A stretch of 63,663 bases of DNA, the filler included, from Klebsormidium nitens (Eukaryota > Plantae > Klebsormidiophyceae), in the NCBI GenBank assembly GCA_000708835.1. It is 7 parts of 7 records of this genome, joined end to end, with 100 filler letters (N's around TTAATTAATTAA, not from the genome) between each part and the next. Parts side by side here need not be neighbours in the genome. Positions count along the whole stretch, not along the records: positions 35,868 to 47,535 come from DF238118.1; positions 47,636 to 53,045 come from DF238472.1; 5 more parts are not named here. One strand, given 5' to 3'. Of the stretch, positions 37,950 to 48,509 are shown one piece after another. The notes under the pieces were generated by a model, which saw only the letters and a list, made by a program, of their open reading frames with translations, ran no database searches and had not been told where the DNA came from. The translations under genes and the position numbers were made by a program. Within the stretch, counting starts at the first letter, position 1. The number at the start of each line of letters is the position of its first letter.

Positions 37950-38339
37950 GCGTATCTGAGCACTCTGTAGCTGTTCAGGGCCTCCTCCCCTGCCTCGCAA
38001 ACTCTGGGAGTCACTACGAACGCCACCCCCCACTTAGTTACAAGCTTCACATTTTGCGGCCTCTCGGTCCCCTGGTTCGAGTTGATGGAACCCACGACGT
38101 CTAGGTTGCTCTGCAGCCTAGTCAAGCACTACATCTGAGTATCGAGAACAGGGGACTGCGTACTTTCCAATGCACCTCTCCATAGAATACCACCGCCCCT
38201 CCTCGGCTCTGTTCATTCCCGTAGCAACCGCTATGGGAGCATCACTTATGGCCACCAACTTTCCCTCCTCAAACCGCCATCTGAAAAAAACCCCAACCCC
38301 TGCTCTTGGTATGCTGGAGGGACCCAAGTCCAGACCCAT
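37950..38339 (-). pseudogene. Intronless SET-domain pseudogene (one frameshift)
   Basis: LDLGPSSIPRAGVGVFFRWRFEEGKLV (SET N-terminal motif), then after a frameshift VVGSINSN...PQNVKLV...VCEAGEEALNSY (SET C-terminal motifs; the NH motif reads NS). Confidence 0.6.
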
Positions 38340-39024
38340 AGCCTCTAACCCCGGCGCCCCTTGCTGGCATGATCCCTTGTTTCCTTGGTCAATAGAAGCT
38401 TCTCGTTGTGATCCCTCTCTCAGGTGTCCTCCCGGGCCAGCATCAACTTACTGACCAAGATTGACTGCTGGCGCTCTAAGGCGCTCTGCTGCTTTGCTAG
38501 AGCTGCGGGGGCCATCTTTGCGCATTTGGAACTTGAATGTCCTTCTCCGAATCTTTTTCTCCTCCTCCCTTCTACAAAATACCAACAAAAAGGCAATACA
38601 AATGTGCTTCTCCTTCTCCCTTTGAAACAGTCTGCGTTTCGTCGCTCGATTGTCGACACTCGGTCTATGTGATTGACTTGTCATGAATTAGGACCTGTAC
38701 GTAGTGTAAGGTCCGGCCCGTCGCATAGTCAGCGAATCCTACACATTTTTGTTACTTTACATTCTACTTGTAGGCAAAAGTGGTGGAGCGGTTATCATTC
38801 GCGCGCTTTAGCACGCGCGCGCACATGACAGTGTCCATATTATTAGGTTTAGGCCACCCTAGTTACACAAAGCTGCTTCCGCAAGTGCCATCGATATATC
38901 GCCAGGTACGATCGACGGTCAAATCTGAAGACAGCTTGACCTTTGTAATTTGAAAAGTTCCGTTTAAGTACACATTGCAACAGATTCCGACCGATCTGTG
39001 ACAATCTGAATGCCTGGGCATGAC

Positions 39025-39527
39025 TATTGAAACTCATGGTAGGGAGTCGTAGTGTAGTTGAGTTACTCGTCATCGGGTCTTATCGTGTTGCCCGGCACCC
39101 ATGCTCATCACCCATTGATGGCAGCCATGCATCCTAAGAGGAACACACGAAGCGCCTCACAAGCGGCTTCCTTCTCTCTACAAATTTCTCTTAGAATGAT
39201 GTATCACAATAGTGGTTTCCACCACCATATATCTTACGGGTCTCTCCCGTTCCACTAGGCTCACTAGCCTACTAGGCTTACTAGCCTAGGTCACACACTA
39301 CTAGGCTCATTAGCCTAGCTCACAGTCACACTCAATCTTAGCCTTCGATATCCTCATCTACGGCTAGCACTGACGGCCGCTCTCAACCGTCTAACCTCCA
39401 AACCGCCTAACGGTTTAATCGTCCAACCGCCGTACACGCATGTCGACGTTCACTAGTTCAAACCCCTAACTCGGGCCGAACCCTAATCACAGTAATTCGG
39501 CTGACCTATAATCACCGAATTCTAACA
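39025..39527 (-). mobile_element. Solo LTR, family B
   Basis: Reverse-complement homolog of 44196-44685, with a perfect 5-bp TSD ATGAC at 39020-39024 and 39528-39532. Confidence 0.9.
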
Positions 39528-39789
39528 ATGACAATTCAAGAAGGGTCGAAAAGAACCAAGCACTTGCTCCGCATAATCATCTAGACGAAGCACGATCAGG
39601 GCAAGATGCGGGGCAAGGTCGCGTTCGAACATGCACTTTTTCCGCGCGCTTCGGCTAAGAGAAGCAAAGCCACTTGAAAAGCAAAAGCTGACCGTCGTAT
39701 CGGACGCTCTTCGCTTCCTCGCACGCGCTTCCAGCAATGGCGGATCAAGCGGCATTCATGATCGCGGAATTGCAGTGCGAGAGGGCAGA

Positions 39790-40560
39790 GACCGGCAATT
39801 GGAGCGAGGATGTGTGCAAAAAAGCTCCTGAAAGAGGGCATTTGGCCGTCCTTTAGTGGCTCCGGGATCGGAGCTGCCCCTGGAACGGTCGCGTTTGCTG
39901 GGTCGCGGCTGCAGAAGGCCACCTCGAGGTGCTTCAATGGGCGGATGCAAATGGGTGCCGTTGAAATGTGGGCCTTGCCAGCAGGCAGGCTGCCGGAGGA
40001 GGGCACATTGCGGTGCTTGAGTGGGTGCGGATGTAGGGCGCCCAGGAGCGGTCGTCACTCAAAACGGGCCGGCAATTTGCGCAGCAGCTGTCGGAGGAAG
40101 GCAGCTAGAGACTCTGCAATATCTGCGGGGATTGTGCATGGGATAGTAAAGTTTGTTGGGACGTTGCTGCTGGAGGGCACCCAAACGTTCTTCGGTGGGC
40201 GCGGGCTCAGGTAAGCCCATGAGACGGAAGTGAGTGCAGGTACATTGGAGAGAAGGGAGACCTGGAAATGCCGAAGTGGGCGTGGGGGCAGACTTGATCC
40301 TTGAGTCGCAAGGTGACGGAGGCGCGGCGTGTGGTGGACACCTAAAGGTGCTCCTTTGGGTCTGCGTGCACGGTGAGACATTCCGACAGGACTCCGCCAA
40401 TTGGAGGAGAGAGCGGGTTTACCAAGAAGCTGAGCTCGACCGTAGCTGCGGACGTGTTGTGCACGCGAACGGAGGGTGCGAGCTGACTTACGAGGAGAGG
40501 TGCAAGATTGAGGACCAAGTGAAGCGCCAGGAAACGCTGGCTCTGTACCTGAGGGCTTAC
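39790..40560 (+). pseudogene. Ankyrin-like repeat pseudogene of the GHLEVLQW...GCPW type
   Basis: Reads WSEDVCKKAPERGHLAVL*WLRDRSCPWNGRVCWVAAAEGHLEVLQWADANGCR*...AAGGGHIAVLEWVRM*G, and later CAWDSKVCWDVAAGGHPNVLRWARAQ. It has several in-frame stops and no introns. Confidence 0.85.
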
Positions 40561-40881
40561 GGCACAAGTCTTGAAGTAGCGGCTGCGATTGGGAGGCGGG
40601 CAGGCATGCCGTGGCTGTGTGTACTGGTCAGCTTCTATATACGTTAGTAAAGACGGGATCGCTGTCTGGTTCGACCTAAAGTCTAGAGGATTATGGACAA
40701 CAAAGTGCAAAAGAATAGTACAGAAATTTGCGTGGCTGGCATGTCTACTTGTAATATTGAACCGAGTTGCTTGGAAGTTTGTGGCGCAGACTATGGACAT
40801 ACATAACATGAATAAATGAATGATTGAATGAATGTTCCTTGTTCCTCAGTAGAGAACCAAGCAACTTCGGCATTCCCTCTC

Positions 40882-41506
40882 TGTTGAGATTAAGGTTGGT
40901 TGACGGCCAAATTGTGGACATTCAGGACAAAGAGAATAAATACTTGTGAGATTAAGATGAAAGAGAGTGAGGGCTTGACACATTAAGATGAAAGAAGTTG
41001 AAGACTTGGCAGATTAAGGAAGAAGGGATTGAGGGCTTGGCAGATTAAGATGAAAAGGATTGAGTGCTTGATAGATTAAGAGAAGAGGAGCTGAGTGCTT
41101 GGCAGATTAAGATAAAAGAAGTTGAGTGCTTGATGGATTAAGGTGAAAGGGATTGTGTGCTTGGCAGATTAAGGCCAAATAGCTCAAGTAGTTGGCAGAT
41201 TAAGAAACTGGAAAAGGTAGATGCAAGAGATTAAGACCGGATTTGTGTGGATCACTCGATGGTAGTTGGTTGGAGTGAGTGAAGCTAGGCCGTCGATTAG
41301 AGTATCCACGTATCTAAGGATTATGCTAGATTTGGTTGGAGTAGACCTAGCTACGGGATTGAACTTGACTTGAACCATTGTCATGTGATTGATATTCATA
41401 CCAATAGATGCTTGGTGAGAGTTACAGCGCTCCTTTTGTGAAGGCGCTTGTGAGTGAGGGTGGTTGTATCCCTCGTAGGTTCCAAGCATAAACGCTGATT
41501 TCAACA
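40882..41506 (+). mobile_element. 5' LTR, family C
   Basis: TGTTGAG...TTTCAACA, directly followed by the PBS. It is homologous to the interrupted copy at ~60143-62173. Confidence 0.85.
40947..41240 (+). repeat. 31-nt degenerate tandem array (~9 units) inside LTR-C
   Basis: Consensus AGATTAAGATGAAAAGGATTGAGTGCTTGGC. The same array occurs at ~60240-60440. Confidence 0.85.
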
Positions 41507-41523
41507 GGTTATGGGCCCACCAC
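41507..41523 (+). promoter_or_regulatory. Primer binding site complementary to the anticodon arm of initiator tRNA-Met (half-tRNA priming)
   Basis: GGTTATGGGCCCACCAC lies immediately after the LTR. It is the same type as the Drosophila copia PBS GGTTATGGGCCC. Confidence 0.85.
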
Positions 41524-41635
41524 AACGCTTCCCAGGTAAAGGGGGTTGATGAGGTTGTTGTGAAGTTGAGGAGGAGGAGCTTTATGTGAAGCTTAAGTTG
41601 GGTGTAGCGCTAAGAGAGGCGTTACCGCAAAGGAG

Positions 41636-43110
41636 ATGGCAGGAATTGACAAGATTGTCATCCCGCAACTTGGAGGTGAGAATTGGTCGGTATGGAGGGC
41701 CAAGTTCCGAGCCCTTCTTGAGTACAAAGGGTTGTATATTGCTATTGAGCAACCGGAGTCGGTGGAAGGAAGAAAAGCATTGGGGCAAGCAAAGGCTTTG
41801 ATGATCCTCCACACTCAAGATGCCGATGTAAAGTTGTTCATTGGGAAGTCCGCGGCTGCCAAAGCTTGGAAGAAGCTTGAGGAGAACTTTGAGAAGACAA
41901 GCAACGCGAGGGTTGTCCAACTTAGGAAGAAGTTGACAAGCTTGACGTTGACCCGAGAGAAGAGCATTGCGGAGTACGTGGGAGAGTTCCGCGAGATTAA
42001 GGTGGATTTGGAGACAGCGAGCCAAACCGTTTCCGAGGTAGAGTTGGCAATCCATGCCTTGATTGGTTTGCCAAAGGAGTATCCAACTCTTGTTGAGGTC
42101 CTAGAGTTGAGTGAGGAGGAGTTGACGTTGGACTCAATTTAGCCTAAGCTCATGCAGAAGAAGCAAAAGTTGAAGTTGGAAGAGGAGCTCGGAGCTCCGG
42201 AGGAGAAGGAGGAGGAGAGTATGGGGAAGGCGTTTGTTGCCAACCGGGAACGGTATGAGACCGTTAACAAGGGGTCAAATGAGCGGGGTGATTTTACCGG
42301 AGGGGTGAGGCGTGAAGGTGGTCCCGACGCGAGGACGTGCTATGCTTGCGGAGAGAAGGGCCACGTCCGGGCCCATTGCCGGAAGCGGAACGCGAAGTGC
42401 TTCAATTGTGGGGAGAGGGGCCACATAAGCTCGGTGTGCAGGAAGCCCTGGGGTGGTGCAAAGAGCGGCGGTGAGGACCGCCCGGACGGGAAGGAGTTTG
42501 CCGGTGTGGCGTTTACAACGTGGCGCAAAGAGGCGCGGGTGCCGGCGAATGTGTAGCTTGTTGACTCGGGAAGCACTCAACACATTACGCCGGATAAGAG
42601 GCACTTTGCAAGCTACGAGCGGCTTGCGCGTGCGGAGAAGATTGAGGGGTTTGGAGGAGAAGCCTTGACGGCGGTGAGGATTGGGAAAGTGGTCTTGGAG
42701 TGTGAGACGCCAAACGGAGCGGGCAAGGTGACCTTGAACGAGGTTTGGCACGTTCTGGGAGCGGGAGCAAACTTGTCGCAATGCGGCGAGCAACGGACGC
42801 GGGCGCAAGGATCTCCTTTGAAAGGGGGATTGCCCAATTTGAGATTGGAGGTGTGGTGAGCATGGAGGCGGTGCAACGCGGCGGATTGTCGGAGATTGCA
42901 ACGGTTAAGAAGGCGAGAGCGTTCTTGGCGGTCAAGGGGCCGGTCAAGACGGAGCGTCGGTTCAGGAAGGTGGCAGCATTGAATGGGTGTCGTTTACCTG
43001 ATAACGCACGCGCGTTTCCGAATCCGTCGGACAGGCGCCGCGTGGTCTTCAATTGCGGCAGTATCTGTAAAAGTGGCAAGATGTCACACGTTGACGGGGT
43101 GTCGTAGCCC
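41636..43110 (+). pseudogene. gag-pol: Copia gag (two CCHC knuckles) and aspartic protease
   Basis: GENWSVWRAKF...AWKKLEENF, CYACGEKGHVRAHC, CFNCGERGHISSVC, then V*LVDSGSTQHIT. In-frame TAG stops occur at 42140-42142 and 42554-42556. Confidence 0.9.
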
Positions 43111-44195
43111 GAAAAAGAGCGCACGTGGTCCTTAACCCGCCGGGAATGGAAGGTGTGGCAGTGACTTTGCAACCTACCGGGCACTACTCTTGTACCCGAA
43201 GCTTACGGGTTGGGCGTGGCTGGTGGTTACGTACTCTCTCAGTCTGCATACAGTTATATAGAGTTAGAGACTTGTCTCCATTTTTTAAAATCGAATCTCT
43301 AAGTATACCCCCGGGGCCCTTGTAGGTGACCGTGACAACCAATGTCTTGGAGATTAGATCGAGTCAAGCGGGCTAACTTCTATATGGCCCTTCCCCCCGC
43401 CAGGGATAGGTACCCCCGTTTGGCAGGGCCAATGGACTCACTGTGCCTTCCGAAGCGGTGCAGTTGGGGTCCTATGATCGGTGCCAAGAAACTCGCCTCA
43501 CGCTAGTGTTGGACCCAAATGTCGAGGCCACGCTTTCGGAACAGGATCCTAGATGTATATTTGGAATTTGAGGAGGCCCATCGTCTTAGCAGTGGACCAG
43601 AGGGTGTATTTTCGATATTATATGTTTTCTGCGGATGGCTCGTTTTGCCGCAAAGGTCGCCGTCCAAAATCGAATCATTTTGAATCATCCCAAACCAAAA
43701 ACCGGTCAACGCCGCCTCGAAGGCCGCCTCTTTTCCAGCGCGTCCCAAGCTACCTTGGCATTCTTAGCTGCTGAGATTGCCCCTAGGGGCTGTTGTGCCT
43801 AATGTGCGAGCCTATTAGAGCCTTTGCTTTGCGAGCCTATTAGAGCCTTTGCTTTCTCGATCGTCCTCGCATTACCGGCCGGGTCCGTAATCGCTTTCCA
43901 CAACATTTTGTGTGTCAACAAAGAGTTGCATCCTTTGTGACCACTACAAAATTGTCAACATCCAAAGGCTCTATAAAGACTTTGAATCCCTCTTCCATCT
44001 TTATCGCTAGCCAAACAACGGTTTTTGGGTTGGGCATTCCTCTGTACCGAAAGGCTTTGTAGGTATTTCTGGTGGCGTCACGAGATCGAGTGCTAGTCTA
44101 CTCCTTTAGCCCGACCGAATACCTATCGCCTTTTTAAGTCGAGCAAAGCTGCCAAAAATGGATAACTAATACAAGTCAATGGTTGGTCATGCGTC

Positions 44196-44685
44196 TGTTA
44201 GAAATCGGTGATCGTGGTCAGCCGAAGTACTATGTAATTAGGCTCTTGCCCGAGGTAGAGTTAAAGTAGTGAGCGCCGGCGTTCGTGTACGGCGGTTGGA
44301 CGGTTGAATCGTAGGCGGTTTGGAGGTTAGGCGCTTGAGAGCAGCCGTCAGTGTGAGCCTTAAATAAGAATATCAAAGGCTAAGATTCAGTGTGATTGTG
44401 AGCTGGGCTAGTGAGCCTAGTAGTGTGTTACTTAGGCTAGTGAGGCTACCAAGCCGAGTGGAACGGGAAAGACCCGTGAGACAATAGTGGAGAAAAACAC
44501 TATTGTGATACATCATTCTTGAGAAGTCTGTGGAGAGATGGAAGCCGCTTGTGAGGCGCTTCGTGTGTTATTCTAAGGATGCATGGTTGCCATAAATGAG
44601 TGACGAGCATGGGGACGAGCAACACGATTAGACCCGATGACGAGTCAGCAACTACACTACGAGTCCCTTACCATGAGTTTCAACA
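44196..44685 (+). mobile_element. Solo LTR, family B
   Basis: TGTTAGAA...TTTCAACA termini. The flanks GCGTC / GTGTT fit a TSD with two C>T changes. Confidence 0.85.
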
Positions 44686-45182
44686 GTGTTTGTAGCTAGG
44701 TCTACTTTAGCCTTGATTAAGTCCAATTCTACCCCTATCTGGGTCAATCCAAACATCAGCGACCAAGCTCCTCAAGAGCAACCTAATCCAGCATATGGTC
44801 GCATTTTGAGTGTCAAAAGACTTATCGACGGCTCATTTTGTGCCAGCATATCTGTGCGCGCCGATAAGGCGTCATGTCGCTTGACTACAATCCATTAATT
44901 TGAGACTTTTCGACTCGACGATTACACACATTCTTGGGCGTACCGTTGCTAGTTGTTACGCAATATGGCGTTACATTAGCACAAACACTACATTGAAAAC
45001 GATTTGCATTGATCAATGAATCCACCGGGAATATGTCGACGATACGTAGCTTTTTCTTGTAGTGTGACACGAGACTCCGTTACATTAGTGCGTTTTGCAC
45101 CAAAAAGGAACTTTGTAGACTCAATAGACATGAAAGAATTTGAACGCCATTTTGCGATTCTTTCTGCAAGTGGTGCTCTCTC

Positions 45183-47426
45183 TTGGCCCTTGCAACTGAG
45201 CTTCTTGCTACGTCCTCATGCAAGAAGCCGAAAGTGGGGCACATGCGGGTATTTGAGGCCCGGCGTTTCCGCACATGCCAAAGCAACCGGAGACGGAAGT
45301 TAAATTCGCTCAGCAATCGAAGAGTATCCCTTGAGACATTCCCAAACTCCAAAGCGTACTGTGTGCTCCGGAAGAGAGTTGGCAAGCTCATCATCCGCCG
45401 AAACGTCATTTTTGACGAGGGAGCGAGCGAAGAAGGGGTTGTCAAGCTTAGCTCCGAACTGTAAAAGGATTCGCCCATGGCGGAGGAAGATGGCGCACGA
45501 GATCCGGTGGTGGTCAAAAAGGGGCCCCTATTGGGACTCTTGGGAGCGAGTTAGCACGGCAAATCCAGGACCGGCTAATTTGGGGAGGTTTAAGATCTTG
45601 AGCGCCAAGCGGAGGCAAACCGGAAGAGATGGAGGTGGACCAAGAAATTCAACCACCGACTACCAAATGTACCTCTCCCGCGCTCGGCGGGCAGCAGGGT
45701 ATTGCGCCAACTTGGAGGCGGACGTGAAAGCGGAGGAGCAACCAACGCGACGAAGGAGCATCCAAAACCGCAAGGTATTAGGAAGCCTTGGGGGTAGAAA
45801 AGAGTGACCTTCGGCGGATGGTCCATAAACGAGAAGATGGTTTCCGTATTGGGGAACAAGATTCGGAGATTGTCGAAAAACCGGAATTGGGAGAAGCGCG
45901 CTCCATGAACTGACTATACAACGGTTGAGAAACGGAGTTGATTGACGGCCACATTGTTGAGTTAGGCTCGATAGATTTGAGCCGTAGGATCGTGGATTGT
46001 GTCGGGTAATATTGACCGTCGGATTGCGATTTGTGTCGTTTTATATCGACCGTAAAATTAGAGAATTGGTTGAGTATCGACCGTCGGATTGCGTTTATCT
46101 CGGATGGTGGATCGTTAGATGTGAGTCGAATCGAGTAGTGTAATACCCCGACCACTAGAAGTTTGGTACTACCGACCACTTGTAGCATAGTGCCCCGATC
46201 ACAAGTCCAAGCGGACTATAGGCCATATTGTGAGTGATAGAGTAACCGGTTGATGGAAAGGAGTCCATATAGTTGAACCGACTAATGGGTGGTGGAAGTA
46301 GACCCGACCTAGGCTAGAGTACATCTAGCTACGGGATTGGAGCTACTTCGGACTCATGTCCGTGATGATATTCATTCTAAGAGATGCTTGAGGGAAAAAA
46401 GGCGCTTCTTTGTGAAGGCGCTTATGTGTAAGGGTGGTTAGACCCTAGCTTGTGACAAGCATGAGTGAATGATTTTAACAAGAAGATCAAGCGGGGCGCT
46501 CACATGATTGTGGAATTATGGTTGGTGCCAAAGGGCTATTTGCGGAAGCAAAGGATTGACTTCGAGGAGGTCTACACTCTCGTGAGCAAGTACACAACGT
46601 TGCGTGCGATGGTGGCAATGGTCGCGCAATACGACTTATAGCTGCATTATTGGATGGCAAGACGGCGTTCCTTGACGGGGAGCTGAGGAGGAAATCTACA
46701 TGCAACAGTCGCAGGGGTACGAGTAAGGGGCCCGAGATGGTCTGCCGCCTCAAGCGCACCTTGTACGGGTTGCGCAAGGCGAAGCGGAAGGCGAAGCGGA
46801 AGCGGTGGCACATGTGCCGGAAGGTTTTGTGGCGTCCATGGCGGACGCAACGCTCTTCACGAAGATTATAGCTGAGGAGCGGGTCTATCTCGTGGTACGA
46901 GTGGACGACAATCCTCGTGGCAGCCCGGGGAGCGGAGTGCATTGCAAAGGTAAAGACGCACTTGGCGCAGAAGTTTGACGTGCGCGATTTTGGGGCGGCG
47001 ACGTACGTCGTCAGAATGGAGCTGACACGCAGTAAAGAGGCGCGCACCTTTTCAATGACGCAAAAGAAGCTAAGGGGGAGCTCGCCAGACGTTACCGAAC
47101 ATGCGAACGTGCGGGCGTGGAGTTCCTCTCGGGACGCGCGATTGATTCACGGGGGAGCCTCGTCAAAAAGCGATTGCCATACATCGAGTGTGTGGGAAGC
47201 CTGCTGAACCTAAGTGTGTGCACAAGGTACGACATCACACGAGTAGTGGGCGCGCTTGCGCACTATATGGCAAGGCCAACAAAGCGCACTGGCGGGCCGC
47301 GCTTTGAGTGCTGCGCTACGTGGCAGAGTGACCTAGTGGGGGAAGCAATGAGCAGTCGTCGATTACTATGACCAGATTACGCGGGTAGCATGGACACAAG
47401 GTGGTCCACAACAGGGTATGTCTTTC
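45183..47426 (+). pseudogene. pol: Copia pol remnants: integrase C-terminus, reverse transcriptase and start of RNase H
   Basis: KPKVGHMRVF...KAYCV...RRNVIFDE; LVPKGYLRKQRIDFEEVY; KTAFLDGEL; VRVDD; YIECVGSLLNLSVCTRYDI; DYAGSMDTRWSTTGYVFLL. There are many frameshifts. Confidence 0.85.
45871..46480 (+). mobile_element. LTR, family D (related to C at its 3' end), inserted in the RT region
   Basis: TGTCG...TTTTAACA termini. The 3' part (TTGTGAAGGCGCTT...AGGGTGGTT...AAGCAT...GATTTTAACA) parallels LTR-C. No TSD is seen. Confidence 0.7.
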
Positions 47427-47535
47427 TGTTGAACCTCATGGTAGAGAGTTGTAATGTAGTTGAGGTACTCGTCACTGGGTTGAATCGTGTTGCCCGGCAT
47501 CCGTGCTCATCACTCATTGATGGCAGCCATGTATC
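47427..47535 (-). mobile_element. Partial LTR, family B, inserted in RNase H; runs into a gap
   Basis: Matches 39025-39135 (TGTTGAACCTCATGGTAG...GATGGCAGCCATG). Confidence 0.85.
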
Positions 47536-47635
47536 NNNNNNNNNNNNNNNNNNNNNNNNNNNNNNNNNNNNNNNNNNNNTTAATTAATTAANNNNNNNNN
47601 NNNNNNNNNNNNNNNNNNNNNNNNNNNNNNNNNNN

Positions 47636-47971
47636 GGCTTCTTCTGCCCTCCAACGTGCTGCGTCGTTCCGATTCCGTTGTCTGGCAGCTTCTTCTGCTC
47701 TCCAACGGGCGGCATCGTTCCGATTCCGTTGCCTGGCGGCTTCTTCTGCCCTCCTACGATTGGCCTCGTTCCTTTCCCGTTGCCTGGCGGCCTCTTCTGC
47801 CCTCCTACGATTGGCCTCGTTCCTTTGCCGTTGCCTGGCGGCTTCTTCTGCCCTCCTGCGATTAGCCTCGTTCCTTTCCCGTTGCCTGGCAGCTTCACTT
47901 GCCCTAAATTCATCATTGAGCTCTGCCAGCCTGCGTCTTTCCTCGGCCTCCTTTTGAGCCTTTCTAGCCAT
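47636..47971 (-). CDS. E/R/A-rich 17-aa tandem repeat protein (charged single alpha-helix-like); 3' end in gap
   Basis: A 51-nt unit is repeated at least 5 times, encoding EAARQR(E/Q/N)RN(E/D)A(N/A)R(R/W)RAE. Confidence 0.7.
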
Positions 47972-47994
47972 GTAACGTCTTTCTTCGACAGGAT

Positions 47995-48423
47995 CTACAA
48001 AATAATAATACTCGTTATCTTGGTTTCATTATGCAAACATACCTCAATCCTCCAATACCGTCTGGTTTCTAGCCATCTTCGGAGATCTCTTTCGATCTGG
48101 GCCATGACCTCGTCAAGTGTTGGTTTGTCATGAGATGTCCAGTCCTTATTTGGCCACTGCTTCTGACAACTCCAAACTCGCGGTCGCGGAAAACGATTCC
48201 ACGGCTTAGTCCACGGCGTAATGTGTGAAGTAGGGACTACTGGATTCTCTATTGACCACTGTTCTGCACTAGCATGACCGTCAGAAACATAGGCTCTAAA
48301 GAAGACGCAGACACGCAGAGGCAATTGTGTGTCCCGTACTATCTGCGTCGTGCTCCATTGAAGGAACCTTCGTACTTTTGGGAGAAATGCCAAGATTTCG
48401 TCTTTTCTTTTCTTGACCTCCAT
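47995..48423 (-). CDS. Hypothetical protein, 142 aa, Trp-rich ORFan
   Basis: ATG-initiated intact ORF packed between the AAA gene and the repeat gene on the same strand. Confidence 0.6.
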   Translation of the reverse strand: MEVKKRKDEILAFLPKVRRFLQWSTTQIVRDTQLPLRVCVFFRAYVSDGHASAEQWSIENPVVPTSHITPWTKPWNRFPRPRVWSCQKQWPNKDWTSHDKPTLDEVMAQIERDLRRWLETRRYWRIEVCLHNETKITSIIIL

Positions 48424-48509
48424 TGAATAGCGTAATCTTACGTGAGATCTTATTCCTGGATCTGCATGAATGCCCAGAGGCCTCTGGACGGCATCCGGTT
48501 GTACGCAAC

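Larger units (their letters stand above)
40882..47426 (+). mobile_element. Degenerate Ty1/Copia LTR retrotransposon, interrupted by nested insertions
   Basis: In order: 5' LTR, PBS, gag, protease, integrase C-terminus, RT and start of RNase H, which is the Copia gene order. The 3' part is lost at an LTR insertion and a gap. The two halves may belong to different copies. Confidence 0.85.

Noticed and set aside
40947-41240. CRISPR-like appearance of the 31-nt array
   Set aside because: The variable cores are only ~10 nt and similar to each other, the array lies inside an LTR, and there are no cas genes.
44885-45070. Short ORF with a CxxC motif (FQCSVCAN) as a viral zinc-ribbon gene
   Set aside because: It is only 61 aa with no second Cys pair at a convincing spacing, so there is not enough support.
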